The translations under genes and the position numbers were made by a program. Shown here one piece after another: positions 1 to 8,438 of a stretch of DNA of 14,066 nucleotides (positions within the stretch are counted from its first letter, which is position 1; every line of letters starts with the position of its first letter). The DNA is from an uncultured cyanobacterium (lineage in GTDB: Bacteria > Cyanobacteriota > Cyanobacteriia > Leptolyngbyales > Leptolyngbyaceae), in the NCBI GenBank assembly GCA_963766075.1, contig CAVYAN010000056.1:1-14066 (forward strand). Reading direction: 5' to 3'. The notes under the pieces were generated by a model. It made no database searches and was not told where the DNA came from. It saw nothing but the letters and a program-made list of their open reading frames with translations.

Positions 1-30
1 TGACAACCTGAAATTTAAGGACACTCAATC

Positions 31-1368
31 ATGGCACGAGATCACCATCAACTCCGGACCCACCGCAATGATTTACTCCCAGCCCATCGCCTGTCTGATG
101 GAATCGCAAGTCAACTGAAAAATGCACTATTTAGTGAATTAGACAGCATTGAGCGAAAATTTGCGGGCGCTAGCGATGGGACGGTCGTGAACCCACTGGA
201 CCCGACTCAACTGGGAAACCGTAACCCGCGAATCCAGGGAACCCGCTTCTCAGATGTAATTCTTGGGGGAATTGGTGATGACATCATTCATGGACAAGGT
301 GGTGGCGACTTTATCTTTGCCCGAGATGGAAACGATCAAGTCCAGGGCGGAGCTGGAAGGGACTTCTTGTTTGGTGGTATTGGCAACGATGTCCTGAAGG
401 GCGGTCGGGGCAACGATCGCATCAGCGGCGGGCTCGATAATGATGCCATTTTTGGGGGGCGCGGCAATGATGTCGTTACCTATGTGGCTGGGGATGGTAA
501 TGATACCGTCAGCGGCGGTTCGGGATCTGACCGCCTCAACATTATTGGCTCTCAGACCCAGAGCAATAACTTTACCCTCGGCAACGCCGCAGGCAAAGCC
601 CTATTTCAGCAAATTGGTCTAGAGAATCAGTCAGATGCAGCGGCCAATTTTACCCTGACCGTAGACACAACCGAAGTCTTTGATGTTCAGGGAGGCACTG
701 GTAATGACGCCTTGCGGGTGGATGACCTGACCGATACGGGGGTAAAGCGCGTCAAATTTCGGGGTGGTGAAGGGGATGATGTCCTGGATGCGAGTGCCAG
801 CGGTGTGCGAGTAACGGCCAGAGGCGGTCAAGGCAACGATACTTTGATCGGCGGGGCACTGGCCGATATTCTGGCCGGGGGCAATGGTGTTGATACGCTG
901 ACGGGCGGCGGTGGGAGCGATCGCTTCGTTTACGGCGGTAATCCCTTTGGCAATGGCACGCCGGTCGTCAATGCTGCAACTGGGATTGGCGTCCTCAATC
1001 AACCGGACAAAATTACGGACTACACCATTGGCGAAGATATTTTTGCCCTGAACAGCAAAGCCTTGGGAATAAAAGACATCCAATTTACTGAGGGCACCGC
1101 TAGCAGTATCGGCAATGGCACTATCATCAACCTGACGGATGGCTTTGCCAATGCTGCCGCAGCGGCCAAGGCGATCGCAGATAATGATGCTGTGACCGCG
1201 AAAGAGGGAGCTTTCCTCTACTTCAATACCACTCTTGGCATCAGTCGCCTCGCCTACTCCAGCAATCTAGCGGAAGGAGGTGATATCAGCGTATTGGCAA
1301 ATCTCAATAACCAAACAATTGCAGGGAATCAGGCGAATTTCAGCGCCAACGACTTTATGTTAGTGTAA
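31..1368 (+). CDS. RTX/hemolysin-type calcium-binding repeat protein, probable type I secretion substrate
   Basis: 445-aa ORF with many GGxGxDxLx nonapeptides (GGIGDDIIH, GGAGRDFLF, GGRGNDRIS, GGSGSDRLN, GGEGDDVLD, GGNGVDTLT). It has no N-terminal signal peptide and ends in FSANDFMLV, like other T1SS substrates. AAGGA lies upstream of the ATG. Confidence 0.9.
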   Translation: MARDHHQLRTHRNDLLPAHRLSDGIASQLKNALFSELDSIERKFAGASDGTVVNPLDPTQLGNRNPRIQGTRFSDVILGGIGDDIIHGQGGGDFIFARDGNDQVQGGAGRDFLFGGIGNDVLKGGRGNDRISGGLDNDAIFGGRGNDVVTYVAGDGNDTVSGGSGSDRLNIIGSQTQSNNFTLGNAAGKALFQQIGLENQSDAAANFTLTVDTTEVFDVQGGTGNDALRVDDLTDTGVKRVKFRGGEGDDVLDASASGVRVTARGGQGNDTLIGGALADILAGGNGVDTLTGGGGSDRFVYGGNPFGNGTPVVNAATGIGVLNQPDKITDYTIGEDIFALNSKALGIKDIQFTEGTASSIGNGTIINLTDGFANAAAAAKAIADNDAVTAKEGAFLYFNTTLGISRLAYSSNLAEGGDISVLANLNNQTIAGNQANFSANDFMLV

Positions 1369-1416
1369 AGCTCCACCCATAGACGCTACTGTTTGACCTT
1401 GGAATGAACGATGGCT

Positions 1417-1456
1417 ATTTGTGTCAAGGCAGTCCCCTAGCTGCCTTGACACAAAT
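1417..1456 (+). terminator. 16-bp perfect inverted repeat downstream of the RTX gene (terminator or mRNA-stabilising hairpin)
   Basis: ATTTGTGTCAAGGCAG (1417-1432), 8-nt loop, CTGCCTTGACACAAAT (1441-1456), about 50 nt after the stop codon. The U tail is short. Confidence 0.7.
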
Positions 1457-1548
1457 TTGCTGGCTCCCGATCCCCTCAATCCAATTAGGAGACTTTTCAA
1501 GAACCCAGTCCATTCAAACATCAGGTGATTAATCGTTCGACTACACTG

Positions 1549-1589
1549 ATTGCTCGCGCCATCAACGCATTGATCGCGCCATCAACGCA
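1549..1589. repeat. 20-bp tandem duplication upstream of the ECF sigma gene
   Basis: ATTGCTCGCGCCATCAACGC followed by ATTGATCGCGCCATCAACGC (one mismatch), then a degenerate start of a third copy. Confidence 0.85.
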
Positions 1590-1626
1590 GTTAATCGGTG
1601 TTGCAGGCTGAATATATCTGTCTACC

Positions 1627-2194
1627 ATGCCAAACTCGTCATTGCCTCCCACTGATGTCGAACTGATCCAGAGCCTCCGAGCGGGTGAACAGATGCCGCT
1701 GCGCCTGCTGTACGATCGCTACAGTGGGCTCGTGTATACGGTTGCCCTCCGGATTCTAGAGCGTAGTGAGGAAGCGGAAGATTTGACGCAGGAGGTTTTT
1801 CTCACCTTTTGGAAAGACGCCAAGTTTGATCCTGCCCGCGCCGCCCTGAGCACCTATTTAAGTTTGCTGAGCGCGATCGCGCGCACTGCACCGCTTAGAC
1901 CAACGGGCCAGTCGTCGCCGCTCCCTCAACCACCTGCAACAAATCGAGTTGAGGGAATCCAAAGCCCCAACGCCCCTGGAATTAGCGGCCCTAGAAGAAC
2001 AGCACCACCACGTGCGCGCTGCCTTGAGTCAACTATCTGACAACCAACGCCAAGTGCTGACGCTAAGTTATTATCAGGGTCTCAGCCATTCTGTCATTTC
2101 TCAAACACTGAACCTACCCCTAGGCACCGTCAAAACCAATGCCCGCCAGGGGCTATTAAAGCTTCGCAAAATTTTGGGGGAGACCATTGAGTAA
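1627..2194 (+). pseudogene. ECF sigma-70 factor (SigK/RpoE-like) with a +1 frameshift near 1870; pseudogene or sequencing error
   Basis: The 1627 frame encodes region 2 (LYDRYSGLVYTVALRIL...EAEDLTQEVFLTFWK...FDPARAALSTYL). The 1949 frame encodes region 4 (LSDNQRQVLTLSYYQGLSHSVISQTLNLPLGTVKT). Removing one base at about 1870 gives LSLL(A/T)RSRALHRLDQR and one 188-aa protein. Confidence 0.88.
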
Positions 2195-2205
2195 GGGGAA
2201 CAACT

Positions 2206-2939
2206 ATGGGGCAGGCTAAATTACCAATTTCCGATGTCGAGCGAGAACTGGCCGCAGGGTATATCTTGGGGGACCTAGATCCAGAAGAATTGCGGCAATT
2301 TGAAGCCCGGTTGTCCGGGAATGCGCTACTCCAAGCGGAAGTGCACGCACTCCGCGTGAGTTTAATGCTGATGCCCCAGGGATTGGAGCCTGTTGTGCCT
2401 CCACCCCAGTTGCGCGATCGGGTCCTAGCGGCCCAGGCTCTAGCATCGGTCGCCCGCCGTCGGAAAGTTTGGCCCGTTATCATGACCGGCATGGCCGTGC
2501 TGGTAGCGCTACTAGCGTTCGATAACCTGCGATTGCGTCGCGACCTGAGTGTGGCCCGCGGGCTATACCGGAAACCGTCGCATCCATTTTGCAGCGTCCC
2601 AAGAGTCGGTTGGTGGCCCTGCGATCGCCCACCCCCGCCCCGCCCACCGGCACCCTCCTATTCACGCCCGGTCAGTGGCAAGAAATTGTTGTGGCCCTAG
2701 ATCGGATCCCCCCTCTTCCACCCGATCGGGCGTATCACCTGTGGTTGACCCTCAACGATGGTCAGATCCTGTTTTGTGGAAAGTTTCAACCCAATGCCGC
2801 AGGACGTGTATTTGTAACCCTCCATCCGCCCCAAACGCCGCCTCCGGGAGTCAAGGCCACGGGAGTGTTTGTCACGCTGGATATGGGGACCACGCCGGGT
2901 CAACCCCACGGCGATCGGATTTTGGCTGGAGAAATTTAA
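2206..2939 (+). pseudogene. Anti-sigma factor (RskA-like) with a -1 frameshift near 2560; pseudogene or sequencing error
   Basis: N-terminal anti-sigma domain (ELAAGYILGDLDPEE...PPPQLRDRVL) and a TM helix (WPVIMTGMAVLVALLAF) lie in the 2206 frame. The C-terminal RskA-like domain (IPPLPPDRAYHLW...VFVTLD...PHGDRIL) lies in the 2589 frame. Adding one base at about 2560 restores ARxAIPETVASILQRP and a 244-aa protein. It starts 11 nt after the sigma stop. Confidence 0.85.
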
Positions 2940-2989
2940 ACCCTGTAGAGGGGGCAATATCAGCAGACGTCGCTAGCAGATATCACTCA

Positions 2990-3136
2990 GTGAGCACTCG
3001 CTGGGTGAGCACTCGTCGCCTATTGCCGTAGGTCGAGCGGTCCCGGCAGGGTGAACACCCATGGGCGAACGACTGGCGCTTGTCGGGATAGTGATTGGCC
3101 AGGATGACGATTGGCCAGGATGATATTGGGTCAGGA
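2990..3136. repeat. Two short tandem-repeat sets in the intergenic region
   Basis: GTGAGCACTCG at 2990 and 3005 (15-bp period). GATTGGCCAGGATGA at 3093 and 3109 (16-bp period), followed by degenerate ATTGGGTCAGGA at 3125. Confidence 0.8.
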
Positions 3137-3297
3137 AAAAACTTTTTCAATCTCTGGGTGCCACCCTGCATAAACGAGAAAACCCGCTCCTATCGGTAAT
3201 CTGTAAGGGCTCACGACCTAGGGGTTCACAATCCAGGGATTCATGACCCATACAACACATACCCTTTTTTCACTCTATTCAAATCGGAGTCACACCT

Positions 3298-3987
3298 ATG
3301 TTGCGTCAACTTTCTGCTTCTGTTTTGACCGTGACCACGATCGCCACCTCCGCGATTCTGCCCGCCCACGCTGGAGAACAGCAATCCTGGATCAACAGTG
3401 ACATCCTAGCCAAAGATCCCACCGCCCTGTGCAGTGACGTCGGTCTAGGCAGCAACACCCAAAACAACAACGGTTCTTCCAGTTCCTCCAGCCGCAGCGC
3501 CTCGGCCAACCGCAATTCGGCATCAGGTAGTAACTCCAACGTTCAGTCCAGCAGCAGCAGTTCCAAAGCCGGTGGCGGTGGTGGCGTCAGCTTCCTGGGG
3601 ATTGGCATCAGCGGCAGTGGCAGTTCCCAAAACAGTAATGCGAACTACTCCAACCGGGGCAGCCAATACAGCACCGCCAGCGCGGCCAGCCAATCAAATG
3701 CCAGCAGCCGCGCCTCGGCCTTCAACCGGGATTCCTCAACCGTAGTCGTCGGTAAGAACTGCGATGCCTTCGTGGGTGCAGCGGCAGCCCGCGATATTGC
3801 CCACGACACCAACCAAGCCGCCGTGCAAATGAACCAAGACAACAACTCCACAACGCGCTACGGCTTTGATACTCAAGTCAAGATCAACGACAGCAACAAC
3901 AAAACGGCTGTGGATTTGTTTAATTCCCAGCGCCGTGCCGGAGCCGTCAACAATCTGACCCAATGGTATACCCCCAGTGGCCGCTAA
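3298..3987 (+). CDS. Secreted Ser/Asn/Gly-rich hypothetical protein
   Basis: 229-aa ORF with a Sec-type signal peptide (MLRQLSASVLTVTTIATSAILPAHA|GE, AxA site). GGAG lies upstream. It has only two Cys (45, 155) and is followed by a terminator. Confidence 0.85.
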   Translation: MLRQLSASVLTVTTIATSAILPAHAGEQQSWINSDILAKDPTALCSDVGLGSNTQNNNGSSSSSSRSASANRNSASGSNSNVQSSSSSSKAGGGGGVSFLGIGISGSGSSQNSNANYSNRGSQYSTASAASQSNASSRASAFNRDSSTVVVGKNCDAFVGAAAARDIAHDTNQAAVQMNQDNNSTTRYGFDTQVKINDSNNKTAVDLFNSQRRAGAVNNLTQWYTPSGR

Positions 3988-4093
3988 TTATCGAAGCCAG
4001 CCCCTCGGGACGGTTTGATGAAGAATGTCTGACCCTTGGGCATGGGCAAAGTCGTGCACTCATCAAGTTTCAGGGTGCAGCATAACAAGGGCT

Positions 4094-4121
4094 AGGCACG
4101 GTGCGACCGTGCCTTTTTTTT
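4094..4121 (+). terminator. Rho-independent terminator
   Basis: AGGCACGGT-gcg-ACCGTGCCT stem followed by a run of T. Confidence 0.85.
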
Positions 4122-4176
4122 ACTCACACAGGGGCGAATCCCTTTATCCTGGAAAAGCAGATATGCCGATCGCCCC

Positions 4177-5136
4177 ATGCCTATGACCTCCCTGCCGACC
4201 CCGTCCCGCCCCATCAAAATTGCCATTGTTGGCGATGTGCACAACGCTTGGGATGCTGATGATGGACCGGCCTTGAAGCAGCTCGCCGTGGATCTGGTCC
4301 TGTTTGTCGGCGATTTTGGCAATGAGGCTGTGGATGTGGTGGATGCGATCGCCGCTCTTTCTATCCCCAAAGCCGTAATTCTCGGCAATCACGATGCCTG
4401 GTACACGGCCACGCCCTGGGGGGCCAAAAAATGCCCCTATGATCGCCGTGAAGAAGATCGGGTGCAGCAGCAACTCGATCGGCTCGGCATCGCCCATGTC
4501 GGGTTTAGTCACCTGGACTTTCCAGCTCTAAATCTTTCGGTTGTGGGAGCTCGGCCCTTTAGCTGGGGGGGATCTGACTGGAAAAATACAGCGTTTTATC
4601 AAGCGCGCTATGGTGTCAGTAGCTTTGCGGAATCCACCGCTAAGATGGTTGCAGCCGCGCAGCAGGCAGCCTGCCAGTCCCTGATTTTAATTGGCCATTG
4701 CGGCCCCTTTGGCCTAGGCGATCGCCCCGAAGATCCCTGTGGTAAAGATTGGAGTCCTCCCGGCGGCGATCACGGTGACCCTGACTTTGCCAACGCCATA
4801 GCCCAAATCCAGCAACGGGGCCAGTCCATTCCTTTAGTTGCGTTTGGCCATATGCATCATCAGATGCGTCACCGCAAAGACATTCTCCGCACTGCTTTAG
4901 TGAAGCAGACCGACGACACAGTTTACCTCAACGCCGCCTATGTTCCTCGGATTCGCAAAACTGAAACCGACTGCTTCCGCAACTTCTCCATCGTCACCCT
5001 AGAAAATGGCAAAGTTACCCATGCGGCACTCCTTTGGGTCAATCAAGATCTCGCGATCGCCTCAGAACAACTCCTCTATGCCCATCCCGCCGACACCACA
5101 GAAGTCATTCCCTTCACCGCCAGATTACCCCACTGA
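4177..5136 (+). CDS. devT: Calcineurin-like metallophosphoesterase, cyanobacterial DevT/TIGR04168-like
   Basis: Metallophosphoesterase motifs GDVH, VGDFGNE, GNHD, GHCGP and FGHMHH, plus CGKDW...GDHGDPD, which I recall from this cyanobacterial family. The family assignment is from memory, not a search. Confidence 0.8.
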   Translation: MPMTSLPTPSRPIKIAIVGDVHNAWDADDGPALKQLAVDLVLFVGDFGNEAVDVVDAIAALSIPKAVILGNHDAWYTATPWGAKKCPYDRREEDRVQQQLDRLGIAHVGFSHLDFPALNLSVVGARPFSWGGSDWKNTAFYQARYGVSSFAESTAKMVAAAQQAACQSLILIGHCGPFGLGDRPEDPCGKDWSPPGGDHGDPDFANAIAQIQQRGQSIPLVAFGHMHHQMRHRKDILRTALVKQTDDTVYLNAAYVPRIRKTETDCFRNFSIVTLENGKVTHAALLWVNQDLAIASEQLLYAHPADTTEVIPFTARLPH

Positions 5137-5248
5137 AATAGCGCCGACCCCTGAAATCACCAACCCTGCCACAGATCCGATCAGCACCTAGAAGAATTTT
5201 TAATTCTACCCCGCCTTCCGCCTCACCCACTCCTCCTACTCACCGACC

Positions 5249-6775
5249 ATGCACCCCGACTACCTCGAAAAAATCCTCACTGCCCGCGTCTATGACGTTG
5301 CCCAAGAAACCCCTCTAGAGGTTGCCCCTAACCTGTCAGCCCGGTTGCAGAATCGTATCCTGCTGAAGCGTGAGGATATGCAGTCCGTCTTTTCCTTTAA
5401 GCTGCGTGGCGCGTATAACAAGATGGCGCAGCTTGCCCCCGATATTTTGGCGAAGGGTGTGATTGCTGCCTCGGCGGGAAACCACGCGCAAGGGGTAGCG
5501 CTGGGGGCCAGTCGCTTGGGCACCACCGCCATTATTGTCATGCCCGTGACGACTCCCCAGGTAAAAGTTGCGGCAGTCAAGGCCCGTGGGGGCGAAGTAG
5601 TTCTGTATGGCAATACCTATGACGATGCCTACGCCTACGCGCGACAACTGGAGCAGGAAAAAGGATTGACCTTTGTGCATCCCTTTGACGATCCAGATGT
5701 GATTGCGGGGCAGGGCACGATTGGCATGGAAATTCTGCGGCAATATCAGCAGCCGATTCATGCGATTTTTGTGGCGATCGGGGGCGGTGGGCTCATTTCT
5801 GGGATCGGGGCCTACATTAAGCGGCTGCGCCCGGAGATCAAAATAATTGGCGTCGAGCCGATAGATGCCGATGGCATGTATCAATCCCTGCAAGCCGGAC
5901 ATCGGGTGAAGCTGCCGCAGGTGGGCCTATTTGCTGATGGGGTGGCGGTGCGGGAAGTTGGAGAAGAAACATTTCGGCTCTGTCAGCAATATGTGGATGA
6001 AATTATTCGCGTCGATACCGATGACATTTGTGCCGCCATTAAAGATGTGTTTGAGGACACGCGATCCATTTTAGAACCTGCGGGCGCGTTGGCGATCGCG
6101 GGGGTCAAGACCTATGTGGAGCGGGAGGCCATGACCGACCACACCCTCGTGGCGATCGCCTGTGGAGCCAACATGAACTTTAATCGGCTGCGGTTTGTCG
6201 CCGAGCGCGCCGAACTGGGGGAGCGGCGGGAAGCTATTTTTGCCGTCACGATTCCGGAAGAGCGTGGCAGTTTTCGCAAATTTTGTGCCTGCTTGGGCGA
6301 TCGCAACCTGACCGAATTTAACTACCGGATTGCTGATTCGCAGGCAGCCCATATTTTTATAGGCGTGCAAATTCAAAACCGTGCCGATGCCACTAAAATT
6401 GTGGCCACGTTTGAACAGCATGGATTTAAAACCATCGACCTCACGGATGACGAACTCGCGAAACTGCACTTACGTCACATGGTCGGTGGCCGATCTAGTC
6501 TCGCTGAACATGAGTTGCTCTACCGCTTTGAGTTTCCCGACCGGCCTGGAGCCCTAATCCAATTCCTGAACTGTATGCGGCCCCAGTGGAATATCAGCCT
6601 ATTCCATTATCGCAACCATGGGGCGGACTATGGGCGCATTGTCGTGGGCATGCAGGTGCCTCCGGATGAAATGACCGAATGGCAAGCTTTTCTCGATACG
6701 CTGGGCTATCGATATTGGGACGAAAGTCAGAATCCCGCCTACAAACTATTTTTAGGAAGTTCCGCTCAGGCTTAA
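5249..6775 (+). CDS. ilvA: Threonine ammonia-lyase (dehydratase), biosynthetic
   Basis: PLP-lysine motif KREDMQSVFSFKLRGAYN, SAGNHAQG, IGGGGL, GLFADG and EPAGA. Two C-terminal ACT-like regulatory domains (EFNYR, FEFPDRPGAL, LFHYRNHGAD). Confidence 0.97.
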   Translation: MHPDYLEKILTARVYDVAQETPLEVAPNLSARLQNRILLKREDMQSVFSFKLRGAYNKMAQLAPDILAKGVIAASAGNHAQGVALGASRLGTTAIIVMPVTTPQVKVAAVKARGGEVVLYGNTYDDAYAYARQLEQEKGLTFVHPFDDPDVIAGQGTIGMEILRQYQQPIHAIFVAIGGGGLISGIGAYIKRLRPEIKIIGVEPIDADGMYQSLQAGHRVKLPQVGLFADGVAVREVGEETFRLCQQYVDEIIRVDTDDICAAIKDVFEDTRSILEPAGALAIAGVKTYVEREAMTDHTLVAIACGANMNFNRLRFVAERAELGERREAIFAVTIPEERGSFRKFCACLGDRNLTEFNYRIADSQAAHIFIGVQIQNRADATKIVATFEQHGFKTIDLTDDELAKLHLRHMVGGRSSLAEHELLYRFEFPDRPGALIQFLNCMRPQWNISLFHYRNHGADYGRIVVGMQVPPDEMTEWQAFLDTLGYRYWDESQNPAYKLFLGSSAQA

Positions 6776-6997
6776 AGAAGGTGGAGTAATTTCCAGGCGA
6801 GGATTTGGAATCGATTGGGATCGGGTAGAGTGCCATCAGGCGCAAAGGCGGAAGAGCGCTTTGAGTCAAGCCAGCCGCGAACGTCCCAATCTCTCGATGC
6901 CTGCGCAAACAGAGCCAGAATGTCTGGGACACTCCCATGGCTCTGTTCTCGGGTCCTCCAAAACCACTCCGACTTCAGCCTGAGTCGTAACGTGCAT

Positions 6998-8083
6998 TTA
7001 AAGATTGCCCCGCAACGCTTGCTCCCGTTCCAGTGCCATAAATAGGGATTTAAAGTTACCGGCTCCGAAGCCTTTAGCGCCGTGGCGTTCAATCACTTCA
7101 AAGAATAGGGTCGGGCGATCGCCGACGGGCCGAGTGAACAATTGTAGAAGATAACCATCCTGATCGCGATCGACCAAGATCCCCAGTTCCGCCAGCCTTG
7201 CTACAGGCACATCAATTTCATTGATCCAATCCGGCAAATCTTCGTAATAGGTTTTGGGAATGGGCAGAAATTCAACGCCAAACTCCCGCAGTCGTGTCAC
7301 AGTTTCAGCAATATTTTCGGTTGTTAATCCAATATGTTGAATTCCAGGACCGTTATGAAACTCTAGATATTCATCAATTTGGGATTTGCGTTTGGCTATA
7401 GCGGGTTCATTGATATTGAACGCTGTTTTTGTTCCATTTTGCAGGACTTTTGACATCAGTGCCGAATATTCGGTTGAAATTGACTGATCATCAAAATGCA
7501 TCTGCAATTCGTATCCCATCGTTTTGATAAAGAACTCCACCCATTGGTTCATAGCCCCCATCTCAACATTGCCCACCACATGGTCAATGCCCTTTAATCC
7601 AGCTGATCGAGTCGATTTTGCCGAACGGGCCGTAAAGCCCGGTGCAAACGGGCCAGCGTAGTGGCTGCGATCAATGAATTTAATCATCGTGTCGCCAAAG
7701 ATGCGAATGGCAGCAAACTGCACTACACCGTAGTCATCTTCTTGGTGCGTCGGCGGAATGGCACCCACGGCACCCCTCTCTACGGCCTGGTGATAGGCTC
7801 GGCTGACATCTGTAACCTCCATGCCAATGACGGCGATCGTGTCGCCATGGCGCAACACACTGTTCGCAATCGGGTGCTCTGGGCTCAGGGCTGCACTGAT
7901 GACAAAACGAATATCTCCTTGCTCCAAAACATAGGAGGTTGTTTTACGTTCTCCGGTTTCTAGCCCAGAGTATGCCGTAATGGTAAATCCAAAGCATTGA
8001 GAGAAATACGCCGCCGCCTGCTTAGCATTTCCTACATAAAATTCTAAATGGTCGAGTCTTTTAATGGGATAGATGTTATTCAC
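6998..8083 (-). CDS. hppD: 4-hydroxyphenylpyruvate dioxygenase family protein
   Basis: 361 aa with a GTG start. Fe-ligand motifs DHVVGN, GPGIQHIGL and LFFEVIER, plus SQIDEYL, LLQLFT and GFGAGNFKSLF...E.EQ..RGNL. Confidence 0.92.
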   Translation of the reverse strand: MNNIYPIKRLDHLEFYVGNAKQAAAYFSQCFGFTITAYSGLETGERKTTSYVLEQGDIRFVISAALSPEHPIANSVLRHGDTIAVIGMEVTDVSRAYHQAVERGAVGAIPPTHQEDDYGVVQFAAIRIFGDTMIKFIDRSHYAGPFAPGFTARSAKSTRSAGLKGIDHVVGNVEMGAMNQWVEFFIKTMGYELQMHFDDQSISTEYSALMSKVLQNGTKTAFNINEPAIAKRKSQIDEYLEFHNGPGIQHIGLTTENIAETVTRLREFGVEFLPIPKTYYEDLPDWINEIDVPVARLAELGILVDRDQDGYLLQLFTRPVGDRPTLFFEVIERHGAKGFGAGNFKSLFMALEREQALRGNL

Positions 8084-8422
8084 CGGCTTTTCCTTGAATT
8101 GAGAGAGCGAATGGTTACAGCAAAGACCCCATATACCATGGCAGAACTAAAGATGCACTCGGGAAGCATTCCGTCACATCCTAACAACCTGATCATGCCG
8201 CCTGCTTGAAAGCCTCAGCGAGGCCTCAGGATCGGCAAAAATCTCGCAAGAGCCGAGGGTGTTCAGCGTCACAGCATTGGAGTCCGGGAACTGCGAGTAG
8301 GACGGCTTGAAATGCCTGCCTACTGGCGTAATGTGTCAAGTGTCTACTGCTCAATGCGTCTACAACTCAACATGCCTACTCCTACAAGTAAGCAGCAGGC
8401 CCAGAAACTTGCCCAAGAAATA

Positions 8423-8438
8423 TGCGTAAAATTACGCA
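8423..8438. promoter_or_regulatory. 7-2-7 palindrome, candidate transcription-factor operator
   Basis: TGCGTAA-AA-TTACGCA in the divergent hppD/NRPS spacer. Confidence 0.5.

Noticed and set aside
2549..3031. 160-aa ORF, and the Pro/Arg-rich tails of ORFs 1627..2040 and 2206..2700
   Set aside because: These are off-frame readings; the sigma and anti-sigma homology continues in other frames.
5137..5248. Attenuator leader upstream of ilvA
   Set aside because: C-rich low-complexity spacer with no Ile/Thr-rich leader peptide or terminator.
5249..6775. ilvA as a precursor-supply gene of the NRPS cluster
   Set aside because: It is a canonical full-length enzyme with regulatory domains, lies next to devT and converges on hppD; it most likely marks the cluster boundary.
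440..7963. Other alternative-frame or antisense ORFs overlapping the RTX, devT, ilvA and hppD genes
   Set aside because: They lie largely within well-supported genes and have no motifs of their own.
6998..8083. Hydroxymandelate synthase (HmaS) call
   Set aside because: The protein retains HPPD-type INEP and GNF rather than HmaS-type LIEP and NI, and no Hmo or HpgT gene is visible. It is not fully excluded without an assay.
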